A stretch of DNA of 64,000 bases from Gloeobacterales cyanobacterium (GCA_038245785.1 JBBRSB010000001.1:224001-288000); one strand, 5' to 3'; positions 9,959 through 19,442 are shown, counted from the first letter of the stretch. The notes: generated by a model not told the origin, from the letters alone. Program-made: numbers and translations.

Positions 9959-10573
9959 TCACGCTAGCAACTCGATCAGTTCCGCAACTGCTTTACGAAC
10001 AGCCTTGAGATCGAAGTCTGCTCTTATGGTCTCATCATCCAACTGCTCAGAAAGCTGATCGACACCAAACAGGGCACGCGGGAAACGCGGGTGAATGACC
10101 CGACCAAGCAGTTCCTGTGCCGCTTCCGAACTCGCCTGCGCCGATAGCCCAAACGCCTCCTTCAGGTAAACACTCAGTCGTTCGTGGACTGCGGAGAAGA
10201 TCACGTCGAAGAACTGGGCAGCGCCCTCCGGGAACCTTTCGACCTCAGCAATGTTTAAGCGGCACATTCGGATCGTGCGACCGAATAGCAAGATCTCAAG
10301 AAACCGACCGCAGAACATCACTAGCGACTCCTCCACATCACCCGAATAATCGCTGGGCATCTTCAGCTTGCTGAGAACGAGTCCACGCACCAGATCGATG
10401 ACGGCAAGGTAGAGCTTCTCTTTGTTCTCAAAGTGAGCGTAAAGGGTGCGTTTCGAGGTCTCCGCACTAACGGCGATCACATCCATTGATGTGCGCTCAA
10501 ATCCCATTTCAAGGAACACGTCCTTAGCGACGTAGAGGATGTGTTCCCGGAGTTTATCGCCTCGCATTGCCAT
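9959..10573 (-). CDS. TetR/AcrR-family regulator
   Basis: ILYVAKDVFLEMGFERTSMDVIA...SKRTLYAHFENKEKL. Confidence 0.92.
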   Translation of the reverse strand: MAMRGDKLREHILYVAKDVFLEMGFERTSMDVIAVSAETSKRTLYAHFENKEKLYLAVIDLVRGLVLSKLKMPSDYSGDVEESLVMFCGRFLEILLFGRTIRMCRLNIAEVERFPEGAAQFFDVIFSAVHERLSVYLKEAFGLSAQASSEAAQELLGRVIHPRFPRALFGVDQLSEQLDDETIRADFDLKAVRKAVAELIELLA

Positions 10574-10586
10574 AGTTAATTTACAC

Positions 10587-10622
10587 TTGACCATAAGTAA
10601 ACGGTACAGTATAGTTTACTTA
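10587..10622 (+). promoter_or_regulatory. Sigma70 promoter overlapped by a palindromic TetR-type operator
   Basis: TTGACC, 17 bp, TATAGT (10587-10615); TAAGTAAAC-N11-GTTTACTTA (10594-10622). Confidence 0.75.
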
Positions 10623-10648
10623 TCTAAAAAGAATTGACGGACAACATC

Positions 10649-11527
10649 ATGATTGTAGTCACAACTCCGACAGGAACAATCGGATCGCAGGTTGTCAAAC
10701 ATCTTCTTGCCGCCAACGAGACGGTACGTGTCATTGTGCGTGACCCAGCCAAGCTTGCTCCTGAGGTTCACGGTCAGGTCGATGTAGTCCAAGGCTCTCA
10801 CGATGACGAGGAGGTATTGTCCCAAGCTTTAGAAGGCGCAGAAAGCCTCTTCTGGCTCATCCCGCCTTCGTTCCAGGCGAACAGCGCTATGGAGTATTAC
10901 CTCCATTTCAGCCGACCTGCATGCCGCGCGATCAAGAGTCAGAACGTGAAACGGGTCGTGGGGGTGTCAGCCCTGGGACGGGGAGTCGCAGGCGACGCGG
11001 GTTTAGTCACAGCCGCATTTGCAAATGACGCAGAAATCGAGAGTACAGGGGTCGATTTCCGGGCGCTCTGGTGTCCCTCTTTTATGGAGAACCTGCTCAG
11101 ACAAGTTGAACCGATCAAGCATCAGGGGATGTTTTCCCTCCCAGCTCGTCCAGATTTGAAGTCCCCCCAGGTGGCGACGCGGGATATCGCCGCTAGCGGT
11201 GCCAAACTTCTCCTCGACCGATCGTGGACGGGACAAGGGGGTCTCGCTGTGCTTGGTTCGGAGGATCTGTCCTTCAACGATATGGCGGCGATCATGACGG
11301 ATGTGCTCGGAAAGCCGATTCGGTTTCAGCCAATCTCCAACGAAGCCTTCAAAGCCCAGTTGATGCAGTTCGGCACGAATGAGGTCTTTGCCCAGGCGTA
11401 TGTGACTATGTTCGCTGCAAAGGCAGAGGGTCTCGATAACGCCGAAGAGCGCACAACCGAGAACACGACCCCGACCAGTTTCCGACAGTGGTGCGAGGAA
11501 GTCCTGAAGCCTATGGTTCTGAGCTAA
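10649..11527 (+). CDS. NmrA-family NAD(P)H-binding protein
   Basis: IVVTTPTGTIGSQV Rossmann variant; divergent from the TetR gene. Confidence 0.88.
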   Translation: MIVVTTPTGTIGSQVVKHLLAANETVRVIVRDPAKLAPEVHGQVDVVQGSHDDEEVLSQALEGAESLFWLIPPSFQANSAMEYYLHFSRPACRAIKSQNVKRVVGVSALGRGVAGDAGLVTAAFANDAEIESTGVDFRALWCPSFMENLLRQVEPIKHQGMFSLPARPDLKSPQVATRDIAASGAKLLLDRSWTGQGGLAVLGSEDLSFNDMAAIMTDVLGKPIRFQPISNEAFKAQLMQFGTNEVFAQAYVTMFAAKAEGLDNAEERTTENTTPTSFRQWCEEVLKPMVLS

Positions 11528-11615
11528 GATCTTATCTGCGAACCCGCTTGGGTAGATTCCTTAAACCAGTATAAAAAAGCCACAAAGAAAGCTCCAAATG
11601 AAAGGGGGAAGAATT

Positions 11616-11750
11616 ATGATCCTAGTAACAGGAGCTACCGGACAATTAGGGACGGCAGTAGTCCAAACTTTATTGCAAAAGACATCAGCTAACCAAATTG
11701 CCGCGCTTGTGCGTGACGAAAGCAAAGCATCTGCATTAAAAGAAAAATGG
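11616..11750 (+). pseudogene. NmrA/YtfG-like oxidoreductase, N-terminal fragment
   Basis: MILVTGATGQLGTAVVQTLL...ALVRDESKA, after which similarity is lost. Confidence 0.75.
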
Positions 11751-11754
11751 ATAT

Positions 11755-11988
11755 TTGATAAGTTCCGATACATCTACTACTGCTTATCATAGCTTTCTCA
11801 AACTCTGGCTAGGACGGTTTCAAATGCCAACCGAGCAAATCGAGCAAATGCATACAGCTTTTGGTCAGAATGTTGCAGTGTTACCACCCATCGAAGTCGA
11901 GTCCATTATTGCATCGAGTGGCTTTGACCAGCCCGTTTTATGTTTCCAAACCTTACTGCTTCGTGCTTGGTATGCGAAGCGAACATAA
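11755..11988 (+). pseudogene. C-terminal fragment of a class I SAM methyltransferase-like gene
   Basis: VAVLPPIEVESIIASSGFDQPVLCFQTLLLRAWYAKR resembles methyltransferase C-termini; no N-terminus. Confidence 0.5.
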
Positions 11989-11999
11989 CTGAGTTAGAA

Positions 12000-12149
12000 A
12001 TTATTGGGATATCGCAAATCACAATCGCCGCAATCTCTCGACATGCGATCGCGCCGATTGTCAAAGTCTACTTGTTCGATCAAATCAATGAAGCATTAGA
12101 GCACCTCCGCAGTGGTAAAGCTTGCTATCGCGCCGTCCTCAAGCATTAA
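12000..12149 (+). pseudogene. C-terminal fragment of a Zn-dependent aldehyde reductase (Ahr/YjgB-like)
   Basis: RHAIAPIVKVYLFDQINEALEHLRSGKACYRAVLKH. Confidence 0.65.
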
Positions 12150-12255
12150 GGCGAGTATGCGCCGAATGAATGGTGGTTTTCAGGGAACTAAGCTTCTGCT
12201 CTCAAAATAGTCACTAATGCGGGCAAATTTCCGGTCACGTCTTTCCTAGTTAGCG

Positions 12256-12376
12256 CGGTACTATTCCTTTCGTCTGATGACGCAGCCTTCATAACTAGTC
12301 AGACTATCAATATTGATTGTAGAAATAACTCCGTTTAGAGAAGGGAAATACCGTCAAGTTTGGATGTCCATAGACC
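12256..12376 (+). repeat. 121-bp dispersed repeat, copy 2
   Basis: Aligns to 6518-6638; encodes VLFLSSDDAAFITSQTINID. Confidence 0.85.
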
Positions 12377-12432
12377 AACTTCTATACGTGAGCAGGAATC
12401 GCTCGAAAATACTCAAACTAGGGAGCGTCAAA

Positions 12433-13164
12433 ATGAATCAGAAAGTTGCACTTATCACTGGGGCATCTGGGGGCATCGGTCGCGCTGTCGCCATCCGACT
12501 AGCAAATGATGGCTTTGTAGCAGTAGTGCATTATTCTGGCAACGCTGAGAAAGCGCAAGATACTGTTACTAAAATTGAGTCTAGCGGTGGACGAGCGATC
12601 GCAGTGCAAGCTGATGTAGCGGTTGTTGCTGATGTCGAACGTCTGTTTAGGCAGACGATGGAGCAGTCTGGAGCGGTCGATGTTGTCGTCAACAGTGCGG
12701 GGATTATGCCGCTATCCGCGATCTCAGATGGTGACATTGAGATGTTTGACAAGGTAATTGCGACCAACTTACGCGGGACTTTCCTCGTATTAGCACAGGC
12801 GGCTAAGCATGTATCATCAGGCGGACGGATTATCGCGTTTTCCAGCAGTGTAATTGCCAAGTCATTCCCGACCTATGGTGCTTATATCGCTTCCAAAGCT
12901 GGGGTTGAAGGGTTGGTGCATGTGCTGGCTAACGAACTGCGAGGTCGCAATATTACCGTCAACGCGGTGGCTCCAGGACCAGTTGCAACGGATCTCTTCC
13001 TCAAAGGTAAGACCGAAGCGCAGATCGACCAGATGAGCAAACTCGCCCCCATAGAACGCCTCGGTCAGGCGGAAGACATCGCCAATGTGGTGTCATTCCT
13101 GGCTAGTCCTGATGGCGGTTGGGTCAATGCCCAGGTGCTGCGGGCAAATGGCGGCTTCGCTTAA
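12433..13164 (+). CDS. Short-chain dehydrogenase/reductase
   Basis: TGASGGIG, VNSAG, YIASK catalytic motif, VNAVAPGP. Confidence 0.93.
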   Translation: MNQKVALITGASGGIGRAVAIRLANDGFVAVVHYSGNAEKAQDTVTKIESSGGRAIAVQADVAVVADVERLFRQTMEQSGAVDVVVNSAGIMPLSAISDGDIEMFDKVIATNLRGTFLVLAQAAKHVSSGGRIIAFSSSVIAKSFPTYGAYIASKAGVEGLVHVLANELRGRNITVNAVAPGPVATDLFLKGKTEAQIDQMSKLAPIERLGQAEDIANVVSFLASPDGGWVNAQVLRANGGFA

Positions 13165-13518
13165 TGCGTTTGCTGCAGGGGCGCTGGCACATGCTGGTCA
13201 CACTAAAAATTCAAAACGGCTTAACAAGCATTTACAACACTCTCTTATAGGTTCGGGCAAGCAGTGAGATGCTTTGACCGTAGACCACAAAAAGGCAACT
13301 TGAATAAATCTCTAACAGGAGCAAATTCAACACCATGGAAAATCCAATCAATAATCTTACGTTGGAGCATGGTTAACCCCGCTTATCCCTCCTGTAGCAG
13401 GGCTGCGCAAGGTATAGAACCCCTTCTTCGGTCGGTGCGAGACCCCCTCGGAATTTTTTTGTTCTGCCCACGCGCCAATCGGTAGAACAGGTTTTGGGCT
13501 GTCCGCTCGATGGAAAGG

Positions 13519-14157
13519 TTAGCTGGCAAAGCTCTCAGATGCAGTATTCACCAGAACTTGAGGCTCTAAAACCCACAAGACATATCCCTTTGGCGTTGTG
13601 GTGATGATTACTTGTTCAACCGTTAGTTTAGTTTTGGCAAGCGTCTTTAAAACGTTTGCCTTATCTTGGGTTACGGCAAAAAAGCTGTAGTGCGCATCGT
13701 CTACCATGATCGCTACTAATCGTTGCTCTATCTCGGGCACGCGGATATGGCAAGACTTGTACTGACTGCGGGACTCTAAAATTCTGTAGGGGAATTCGGC
13801 TGCGACTGAATGCAAGGAAGATAGCCGGGGAGTGTCCAGACAAGCCGTTGGCTCTAATACCCAGATGGCGTATCCTCTAGCCACCGGGGTAACGACTGAT
13901 TCTTGCGCTTGACGATTTAGCTTGGCAACCATCGTGATCAGCTGAAGCTCATCAAGGACGACGCGGAAAAAGCTATAAAATTTTTGGTCCAGTAAAAGGG
14001 CTGGCAAGCGTTCTTCTATATCGGGCACCCGGATATGGCAAGACTGGTACGCGCCACGAGACGCTAAAAGACGATAGGGGGCGTTGGTCTGAACAGGTGA
14101 TGCGGAAAGGACCATTAAACTAAACTCGGGGGCTAGTATTCCATATGTAGCATTCAC
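13519..14157 (-). CDS. Hypothetical protein with an internal two-domain duplication
   Basis: PYR.L.SR..Y.SCHIRVP.IE.RL...YSFF.....GY..WVLEP occurs twice. Confidence 0.75.
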   Translation of the reverse strand: MNATYGILAPEFSLMVLSASPVQTNAPYRLLASRGAYQSCHIRVPDIEERLPALLLDQKFYSFFRVVLDELQLITMVAKLNRQAQESVVTPVARGYAIWVLEPTACLDTPRLSSLHSVAAEFPYRILESRSQYKSCHIRVPEIEQRLVAIMVDDAHYSFFAVTQDKANVLKTLAKTKLTVEQVIITTTPKGYVLWVLEPQVLVNTASESFAS

Positions 14158-14195
14158 GTCCCTTCATCTTTTTTAACATTTCGTGAAGTTTGCTT

Positions 14196-14819
14196 TCATA
14201 GAGGCTCTTGCTCCAATCGGGCCACATCTTCAGGGGCATTGCAATTGAACAGCATTTCCTCTGCCCAAGGCAGCTCCTGCACAGGAATCTGGGACAGCCA
14301 AGCTTGAAAAGAGCGTCCCCCCTGGCTTAAAAACTGTTGCAATGAGTCAAGGCTGGCCTGTCGATAGAAGGCACACAAAGGCTCCCATCCCTTCTGCGTC
14401 TCTTCACGAGAAACGAGGGCCATCACATTAGGGGAAATATTTTTTAGTTCCTCGGCCCAAGAGCGTAGCGTAGGGGCGTCGAGTTTGGGAAGGTCACAGG
14501 CTAGCAGGAGCACCCATTCCGTTTGTACATGGGCTAAGCCTTGAGCAAAACCAGATAGAGGACCTTGGGCCGCTACTTCTTGAATAAACTGGCATACTCC
14601 TGGGACTATGGCCTGATAGCGTTCAGGCCATGCGGTCACTATATAGATACTTTCCGGGAGAACCGCTTGCGCTACCGAGCAAACCTGACGGAGCATCGGC
14701 CTCCCGTGGATCTTGACCAATGCCTTATCTTGCCCCATGCGGCTGCTTTTTCCTCCTGCCAGGATCAGGGCACTGAGGTTTGTTCGGACAGGCTTTTCCT
14801 CCTCGGAGGGGTCAGACAA
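14196..14819 (-). CDS. mobA: Molybdenum cofactor guanylyltransferase
   Basis: LILAGGKSSRMGQDKA, GPLSG, LACDLP, EPLCAFY, FNCNAPED. Confidence 0.93.
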   Translation of the reverse strand: MSDPSEEEKPVRTNLSALILAGGKSSRMGQDKALVKIHGRPMLRQVCSVAQAVLPESIYIVTAWPERYQAIVPGVCQFIQEVAAQGPLSGFAQGLAHVQTEWVLLLACDLPKLDAPTLRSWAEELKNISPNVMALVSREETQKGWEPLCAFYRQASLDSLQQFLSQGGRSFQAWLSQIPVQELPWAEEMLFNCNAPEDVARLEQEPL

Positions 14820-15285
14820 GATGAAATTCCTTTAGCGCGGGGAGAAAGTTGTGATTCTCGTGGTCAGAACGGCTCAATTTGATCAGGGCGAACCGCTCAA
14901 GCGTAGACAAGTGCGCCCATTGCTCCACCGTAAAGTTTAGCTTGAGAGACTGCGCTTGTTCTTGGACGCTAGCAGGAATTATGATGCTGTTATTCCATTC
15001 AGGATGGATATCAATCGCCAGTTCGGAAGGAGGTTGTCCTACGCACCCGATGACCAGTTGCTGTAGATGCTCCCGATAGGCTTTTATTTCTTTGGCCGTC
15101 TGGCAGGGCATTTCCACTAAAGTTTGGCGTTGCTCACGGTTAAACTTATTCCACTCGCTTAATTTGAGTTTGATGCCACAGCTGTCCAGCTTGAGACGGA
15201 CCGCCATCGGCACACAGCGTAACGCATCCACGAAATCTGCTTCAAACTGGAAAAAATGCGAGGAATTAGTAGCGTTTGAAATCAT
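14812..15285 (-). CDS. narM: Nitrate reductase-associated maturation protein
   Basis: FFQFEADFVDALRCVPMAVRLKLD...RFALIKLSRSDHENHNF; adjacent to nirA and mobA. Confidence 0.85.
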   Translation of the reverse strand: MISNATNSSHFFQFEADFVDALRCVPMAVRLKLDSCGIKLKLSEWNKFNREQRQTLVEMPCQTAKEIKAYREHLQQLVIGCVGQPPSELAIDIHPEWNNSIIIPASVQEQAQSLKLNFTVEQWAHLSTLERFALIKLSRSDHENHNFLPALKEFHLV

Positions 15286-15336
15286 ACAGAGTCTTGCCAG
15301 TTACGGTTTCCCTCACTTTGTGTGAGGGAATCTCTA

Positions 15337-16866
15337 TTATGACGCCTCTAGCTGTTCTAACGACTCTCGTACTTCCGCCCCGAAATGCTCCATCAGCAGA
15401 GACTTAAGTACACTGGGCAGTTCTTCGCAGGGCACTTTTTCATGAATCAGTTCGGCCAGCTTGGAACCTTTGCCGACCTTCCCGCCCAAGAGGATATTCA
15501 CCCCGTCTACGGTTTGGCCGTTGTACTTAGCCTTAGTGCCAATCAATCCGATATCTCCAATCTGGGGCTGACCGCAGGAATTGGGACATCCGGACCAGTG
15601 AATACGCACGGGTTGTGGTAGATATAGTTCCTCTGCCAAAACTTGAGCCAATTTCAACGCTCGCTCCTTGGTCTCAATAATCGCCAGGTTGCAGAACTGG
15701 GCTCCCGTGCAAGAGACCAAGCCGCGTAAGAGCGGGTCTGGGTTAGGAGAGAATTCTTGCAAGAGGGATTCAGCCAGGAGCTGATTCAGACGGTTCTCAT
15801 GCACATGCGGTATCAAAACGCTTTGTTCTACTGTGAGCCGAATTTCGCCAGTGGCATACTCCTCTGCCAAACGGGCCAGCTCAAGAGCGCGGTCGCCATA
15901 GATCCGACCAATAGGAACGTGGAGGCCCACAAAGAAATAGCCAGGCTGTTTCTGGTGATGGACACCCACATGGTCGCGCTTGGCATAATCAATAAATTCG
16001 TGATCAGATTCGGTCGCTAAGGGTGCTCCAAAAGACTTCTCTACTTCTTGGCGAAACTTTTCGATTCCCCAGTCATCAATCAGGTGCATCATCCGAGTTT
16101 TGGTACGGGCGTCTCTGGCTCCAAAATCATGGAAAACATCTAAAATCGCTACTGAAAGCGGCGCCACCTGTTCCGGCAGGACAAAACAATCGAGGGGAAT
16201 GGCTGGAGTAGCCCGTTGTGCATTCAACACGCCGCCGACCAGAACATTGAAGCCTACTTTTCCCTCTTTTTCGGCAGGGATAAAACCGATGTCATTAATT
16301 TCGGCATGGGCAGAGTTTTCTCGGTCGCCCGTAATCGAAATATTGAACTTGCGGGGAAGATTGCTAAGACGCTCGTTGCCCTTGCCATAATTAGTAATCA
16401 AGTTATCAATTTCTTGGGTCAAGGGACGAACATCAATTACTTCACTGGGGTCTAAACCAGCCACAGGAGAGCCAACGACGTTGCGCACGTTGTCCATGCC
16501 AGACTGGATAGTGGTCAAACCCACTGTCTGTAACCGGCTCATGATTTCGACAATGTCTTCAATCCGCAAGCCACGCAGTTCGATATTTTGGCGGGTGGTG
16601 ATGTCTAGCTGTTGGACATCAGAAAACTCCAGGAGCAAAGTTCCAAGGACCCGCATCTGTTCACTGGTAATAATGCCATTGGGAGCCCGAAGCCGGACCA
16701 TCCAACGACCTGGTGTCTTTTTGCGAAAAAACCAACCTACCCACTTCAGCCGTTCTAAATCTTCCTTGGGAATAGCTTCCCAGCCCATCGCCGCAAAATC
16801 AGCAAGTTCATGTTTGACGGCCAACCCTGGCTTTGTCTCTTTAATTTTCTCAATGGGATTGCTCAT
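15337..16866 (-). CDS. nirA: Ferredoxin-nitrite reductase
   Basis: DITTRQNI, SGMDNVRN, NLPRKFNI; siroheme/4Fe-4S cysteines in CTGAQFC and GCPNSCG. Confidence 0.95.
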   Translation of the reverse strand: MSNPIEKIKETKPGLAVKHELADFAAMGWEAIPKEDLERLKWVGWFFRKKTPGRWMVRLRAPNGIITSEQMRVLGTLLLEFSDVQQLDITTRQNIELRGLRIEDIVEIMSRLQTVGLTTIQSGMDNVRNVVGSPVAGLDPSEVIDVRPLTQEIDNLITNYGKGNERLSNLPRKFNISITGDRENSAHAEINDIGFIPAEKEGKVGFNVLVGGVLNAQRATPAIPLDCFVLPEQVAPLSVAILDVFHDFGARDARTKTRMMHLIDDWGIEKFRQEVEKSFGAPLATESDHEFIDYAKRDHVGVHHQKQPGYFFVGLHVPIGRIYGDRALELARLAEEYATGEIRLTVEQSVLIPHVHENRLNQLLAESLLQEFSPNPDPLLRGLVSCTGAQFCNLAIIETKERALKLAQVLAEELYLPQPVRIHWSGCPNSCGQPQIGDIGLIGTKAKYNGQTVDGVNILLGGKVGKGSKLAELIHEKVPCEELPSVLKSLLMEHFGAEVRESLEQLEAS

Positions 16867-16976
16867 ATTAGGAACCAGTGGGTTTACTGCGCACAGGGCA
16901 CTCCGGAACCAACTCTGAAAGGAGCGTTGAGAAAGTTCCCATGTGTACAGGAAACACGCTTTAGACTATAGAAAAT

Positions 16977-16990
16977 GTATTTTTCATAAC
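16977..16990 (-). promoter_or_regulatory. Putative NtcA site upstream of nirA (one mismatch)
   Basis: GTT-N8-TAC on the minus strand, within TGTA-N8-AACA on the plus strand. Confidence 0.55.
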
Positions 16991-17026
16991 AGAATGAACC
17001 CTTTAATCGGCCTATGTTCATCGAAC

Positions 17027-17045
17027 TGATAACAAAAATGCATCA
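17027..17045. promoter_or_regulatory. Putative NtcB (LysR) box
   Basis: TGAT-N11-ATCA, centred about 52 bp from the nirA-proximal NtcA site. Confidence 0.65.
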
Positions 17046-17090
17046 AATTTTGATTCTTAAGGATGTGTGCGGAGAACCAGGGAGTGTTTA

Positions 17091-17104
17091 GTATCTTTTT
17101 ATAC
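17091..17104 (+). promoter_or_regulatory. Consensus NtcA site upstream of ntcB
   Basis: GTA-TCTTTTTA-TAC. Confidence 0.7.
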
Positions 17105-17150
17105 AAAAGCTACGGGGGTGAGTACGGTAAAGCTTCTAGTGACGAACAAC

Positions 17151-18125
17151 ATGGAACCTTCTGTGGATTCTAGGCAATTACGATACTTTCTCGCTTTAGT
17201 CACTTTTGCCAATTTCCGCGTGGCTGCCAAGAACTCTGGTATTTCTCAGCCGGGATTGAGTCGGCAGATTATGTCTTTGGAAGCGGAATTGGGTGGGCCT
17301 CTATTCAACCGCAACAGTCGCAAAATCACGCTGACGCCGATTGGCGAATGTTTCTTGCCCTATGCTCGTCGAGCCGTTCGAGAATTGGAACAGAGCCAGC
17401 AGGCGATCAAAGAATTGCTCCGCCCAGATAAGGGTGAGATTTGTGTGGCAGCTCTCCACTCGGTGAATACCTACCTTTTGCCTTCCCTCCTTGCTCAGTT
17501 CCGCGAACAATATCCCCAGATCCAGCTGCGTCTCAGTTCGCTTGGCTCGGAGCGCATCACCAAGGTTTTGTTGGACCGATTAGTCGACTTGGCGATTGTG
17601 ATGGGGCCTGCCACCGCTCCAGAGTTGCTCAGTATCCCGCTATACGAGGAAGAATTAGTATTTTTGGTCCCCGCCAAACATCCTCTTACCCGTCTTGAGA
17701 CAGTACGGCTTATTGATATCGCCCCCTATCCCCAAATCGTCTTCCGAGATGGCTATGCCATGAATACAACCCTCAATCAAATATTCGCTGAGATTGATTG
17801 CGTGGTGGATGTGGCGGTGGAATTGAATACCTTAGAAGCTTTCAAAGAAACCGTGCGTCAGGGCGTTGGTGTAGCTCTGCTCCCTATTACAGCCGTTCAA
17901 AATCTACCCCCTGACTTGGTCAGCTTGCGGGTCAAAGATCCAAAGTTGACCCGCAAAGTGGAGTTGATTTGCCATCGAGATAACTATCAAATTCCGGTGG
18001 TGGCCGCTTTTGCCGACTTGGTTGTCAAACGCCTACCGTTTATTTTCAATCAGTGCACTCAAAACTCTCTGGAACGTAGCTCCTTTGGAGAAAACGTAAT
18101 TCCTTTGAAATTAGTAGCTCAGTAG
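17151..18125 (+). CDS. ntcB: LysR-family nitrogen assimilation regulator NtcB
   Basis: LysR HTH; ICVAALHS and QLRLSSLGSERITKVLLDRLVDLAIVM resemble NtcB; divergent from nirA and followed by cnaT. Confidence 0.82.
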   Translation: MEPSVDSRQLRYFLALVTFANFRVAAKNSGISQPGLSRQIMSLEAELGGPLFNRNSRKITLTPIGECFLPYARRAVRELEQSQQAIKELLRPDKGEICVAALHSVNTYLLPSLLAQFREQYPQIQLRLSSLGSERITKVLLDRLVDLAIVMGPATAPELLSIPLYEEELVFLVPAKHPLTRLETVRLIDIAPYPQIVFRDGYAMNTTLNQIFAEIDCVVDVAVELNTLEAFKETVRQGVGVALLPITAVQNLPPDLVSLRVKDPKLTRKVELICHRDNYQIPVVAAFADLVVKRLPFIFNQCTQNSLERSSFGENVIPLKLVAQ

Positions 18126-18167
18126 CCTCTAATCCCCTAGGATAATTAGCTCTATTGTTTTTGCCTC

Positions 18168-19208
18168 ATGAGCACTATATTCCGCGAATACGTTAAAAAG
18201 ATTGGTTCCGGTCGCCTAACAGGGCGGGACTTAACGAGAGAAGATAGTTGCAAAGCAACGGTAATGCTGCTCAAGCAGGAAGCTACCCAGGCACAGATGG
18301 GCGCTTTCTTGATTGCTCACCGGATTAAGCGCCCGACATTTGAAGAGTTGGCGGGTATTCTTGATGCCTATGACCAAGTGGCCCGACCGATGCAGGTTCT
18401 AGCCGATGCCAAAAAACCAGTAGTTTTGAGCAGCCCCTACGATGGGCAGGAACGTTTAGGGATTGTTGCCCCGCTTACAGCTTTGATTTGTAGCAGTCTG
18501 GGACAGGGCATCATTTTGCATGGCACTACCGATATGGCACCCAAACATGGCATGACCTGCTTTGATGTTTTGGCTGCTCTCGGTGTGGACTTGACCAAGA
18601 GTAGCCAGACCCTGACCCAGCAGTATAAGGACCTTGGGCTGGGCTGGGTATACTCGCCCACTCATTTTCCCGAAGCCTATGCCTTGCAGACGTTGCGAGA
18701 TGAGATAGGCAAACGTCCTCCTCTATCAACCGCAGAACTGATTTGGAATCCAGTCGGCGTAGGACTGCCGATTATTGGTTATACCCATCGAGAAACCGTG
18801 GATTTGGCCGTAGGCACTACGGAGTTGCGTGGAGGTACTCCTTTGGTAATGGTGCGGGGTGTCCAAGGTTCGTCCAATTGCACGATGTTTCACCCCAATC
18901 TCGGTTTCCGTTGGTCGCACGGAATGTCAGCCCCAGAAAACTTTCGGATTTTGGCTTCTGAATATGATTTGGGCGATGATGATTTTCCGATGCTTAAAGA
19001 TGGCAAGGATTTAGAACGGCATCGGGAAATATCTTTGGCAACGCTCCAAGGAGAAGCAACCAGTCTGCGCCATGCCGCCATTTTCAGCAGTGCTTTTATA
19101 TTGTTTCAAGCTGGATTTTATGCCACGCTAGCAGATGCTATTCCTCTAACAACACGAGCCTTAGAAGAAGGTTTAGCCTATCAGCAACTCCAGAAACTTT
19201 TGGCTTAA
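18168..19208 (+). CDS. cnaT: Anthranilate phosphoribosyltransferase-like protein CnaT
   Basis: FREYVKKIGSG, AQMGAFLIAHRIKRP, RDEIGKRPPLSTAEL; immediately downstream of ntcB. Confidence 0.8.
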   Translation: MSTIFREYVKKIGSGRLTGRDLTREDSCKATVMLLKQEATQAQMGAFLIAHRIKRPTFEELAGILDAYDQVARPMQVLADAKKPVVLSSPYDGQERLGIVAPLTALICSSLGQGIILHGTTDMAPKHGMTCFDVLAALGVDLTKSSQTLTQQYKDLGLGWVYSPTHFPEAYALQTLRDEIGKRPPLSTAELIWNPVGVGLPIIGYTHRETVDLAVGTTELRGGTPLVMVRGVQGSSNCTMFHPNLGFRWSHGMSAPENFRILASEYDLGDDDFPMLKDGKDLERHREISLATLQGEATSLRHAAIFSSAFILFQAGFYATLADAIPLTTRALEEGLAYQQLQKLLA

Positions 19209-19340
19209 ATTAGGTAGGTGGAATTAAATAGAAGAGTAAGGTCAAGTGGTGAAAGAATTTGTATTAGAGCTTATGCTTAGGGGAGTAGGGCTACCAAGCA
19301 TTGTACGGGCTCCAGGAATAAGCTTCTTCGCGTAGTGTTT

Positions 19341-19442
19341 TTGCCTCCTCTCAGTTCTAACCCTATACCTGCAACTTCCTCTTCCCAGAGAAGGCTCCCT
19401 TCGACTCCGCTCAGGGAGCTGTCCCGTAGGGACTGAGGGGTT
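19341..19442 (+). repeat. REP/MITE-like repeat, homologous to the right arm of the 50861-51161 element
   Basis: GTTCTAAC...CTCTTCCCAGAGAAGGCTCCC...GGGAGCTGTCCCGTAGGGACTGAGGGGTT matches 51045-51161. Confidence 0.8.

Noticed and set aside
13370..13500. GC-rich stretch with hairpins; the minus-strand ACAGGAGGGATAAGCGGGG vaguely recalls a guanidine-I riboswitch 3' stem
   Set aside because: The other conserved elements are missing and no credible gene lies downstream; it does not match SRP, TPP or Moco motifs either.
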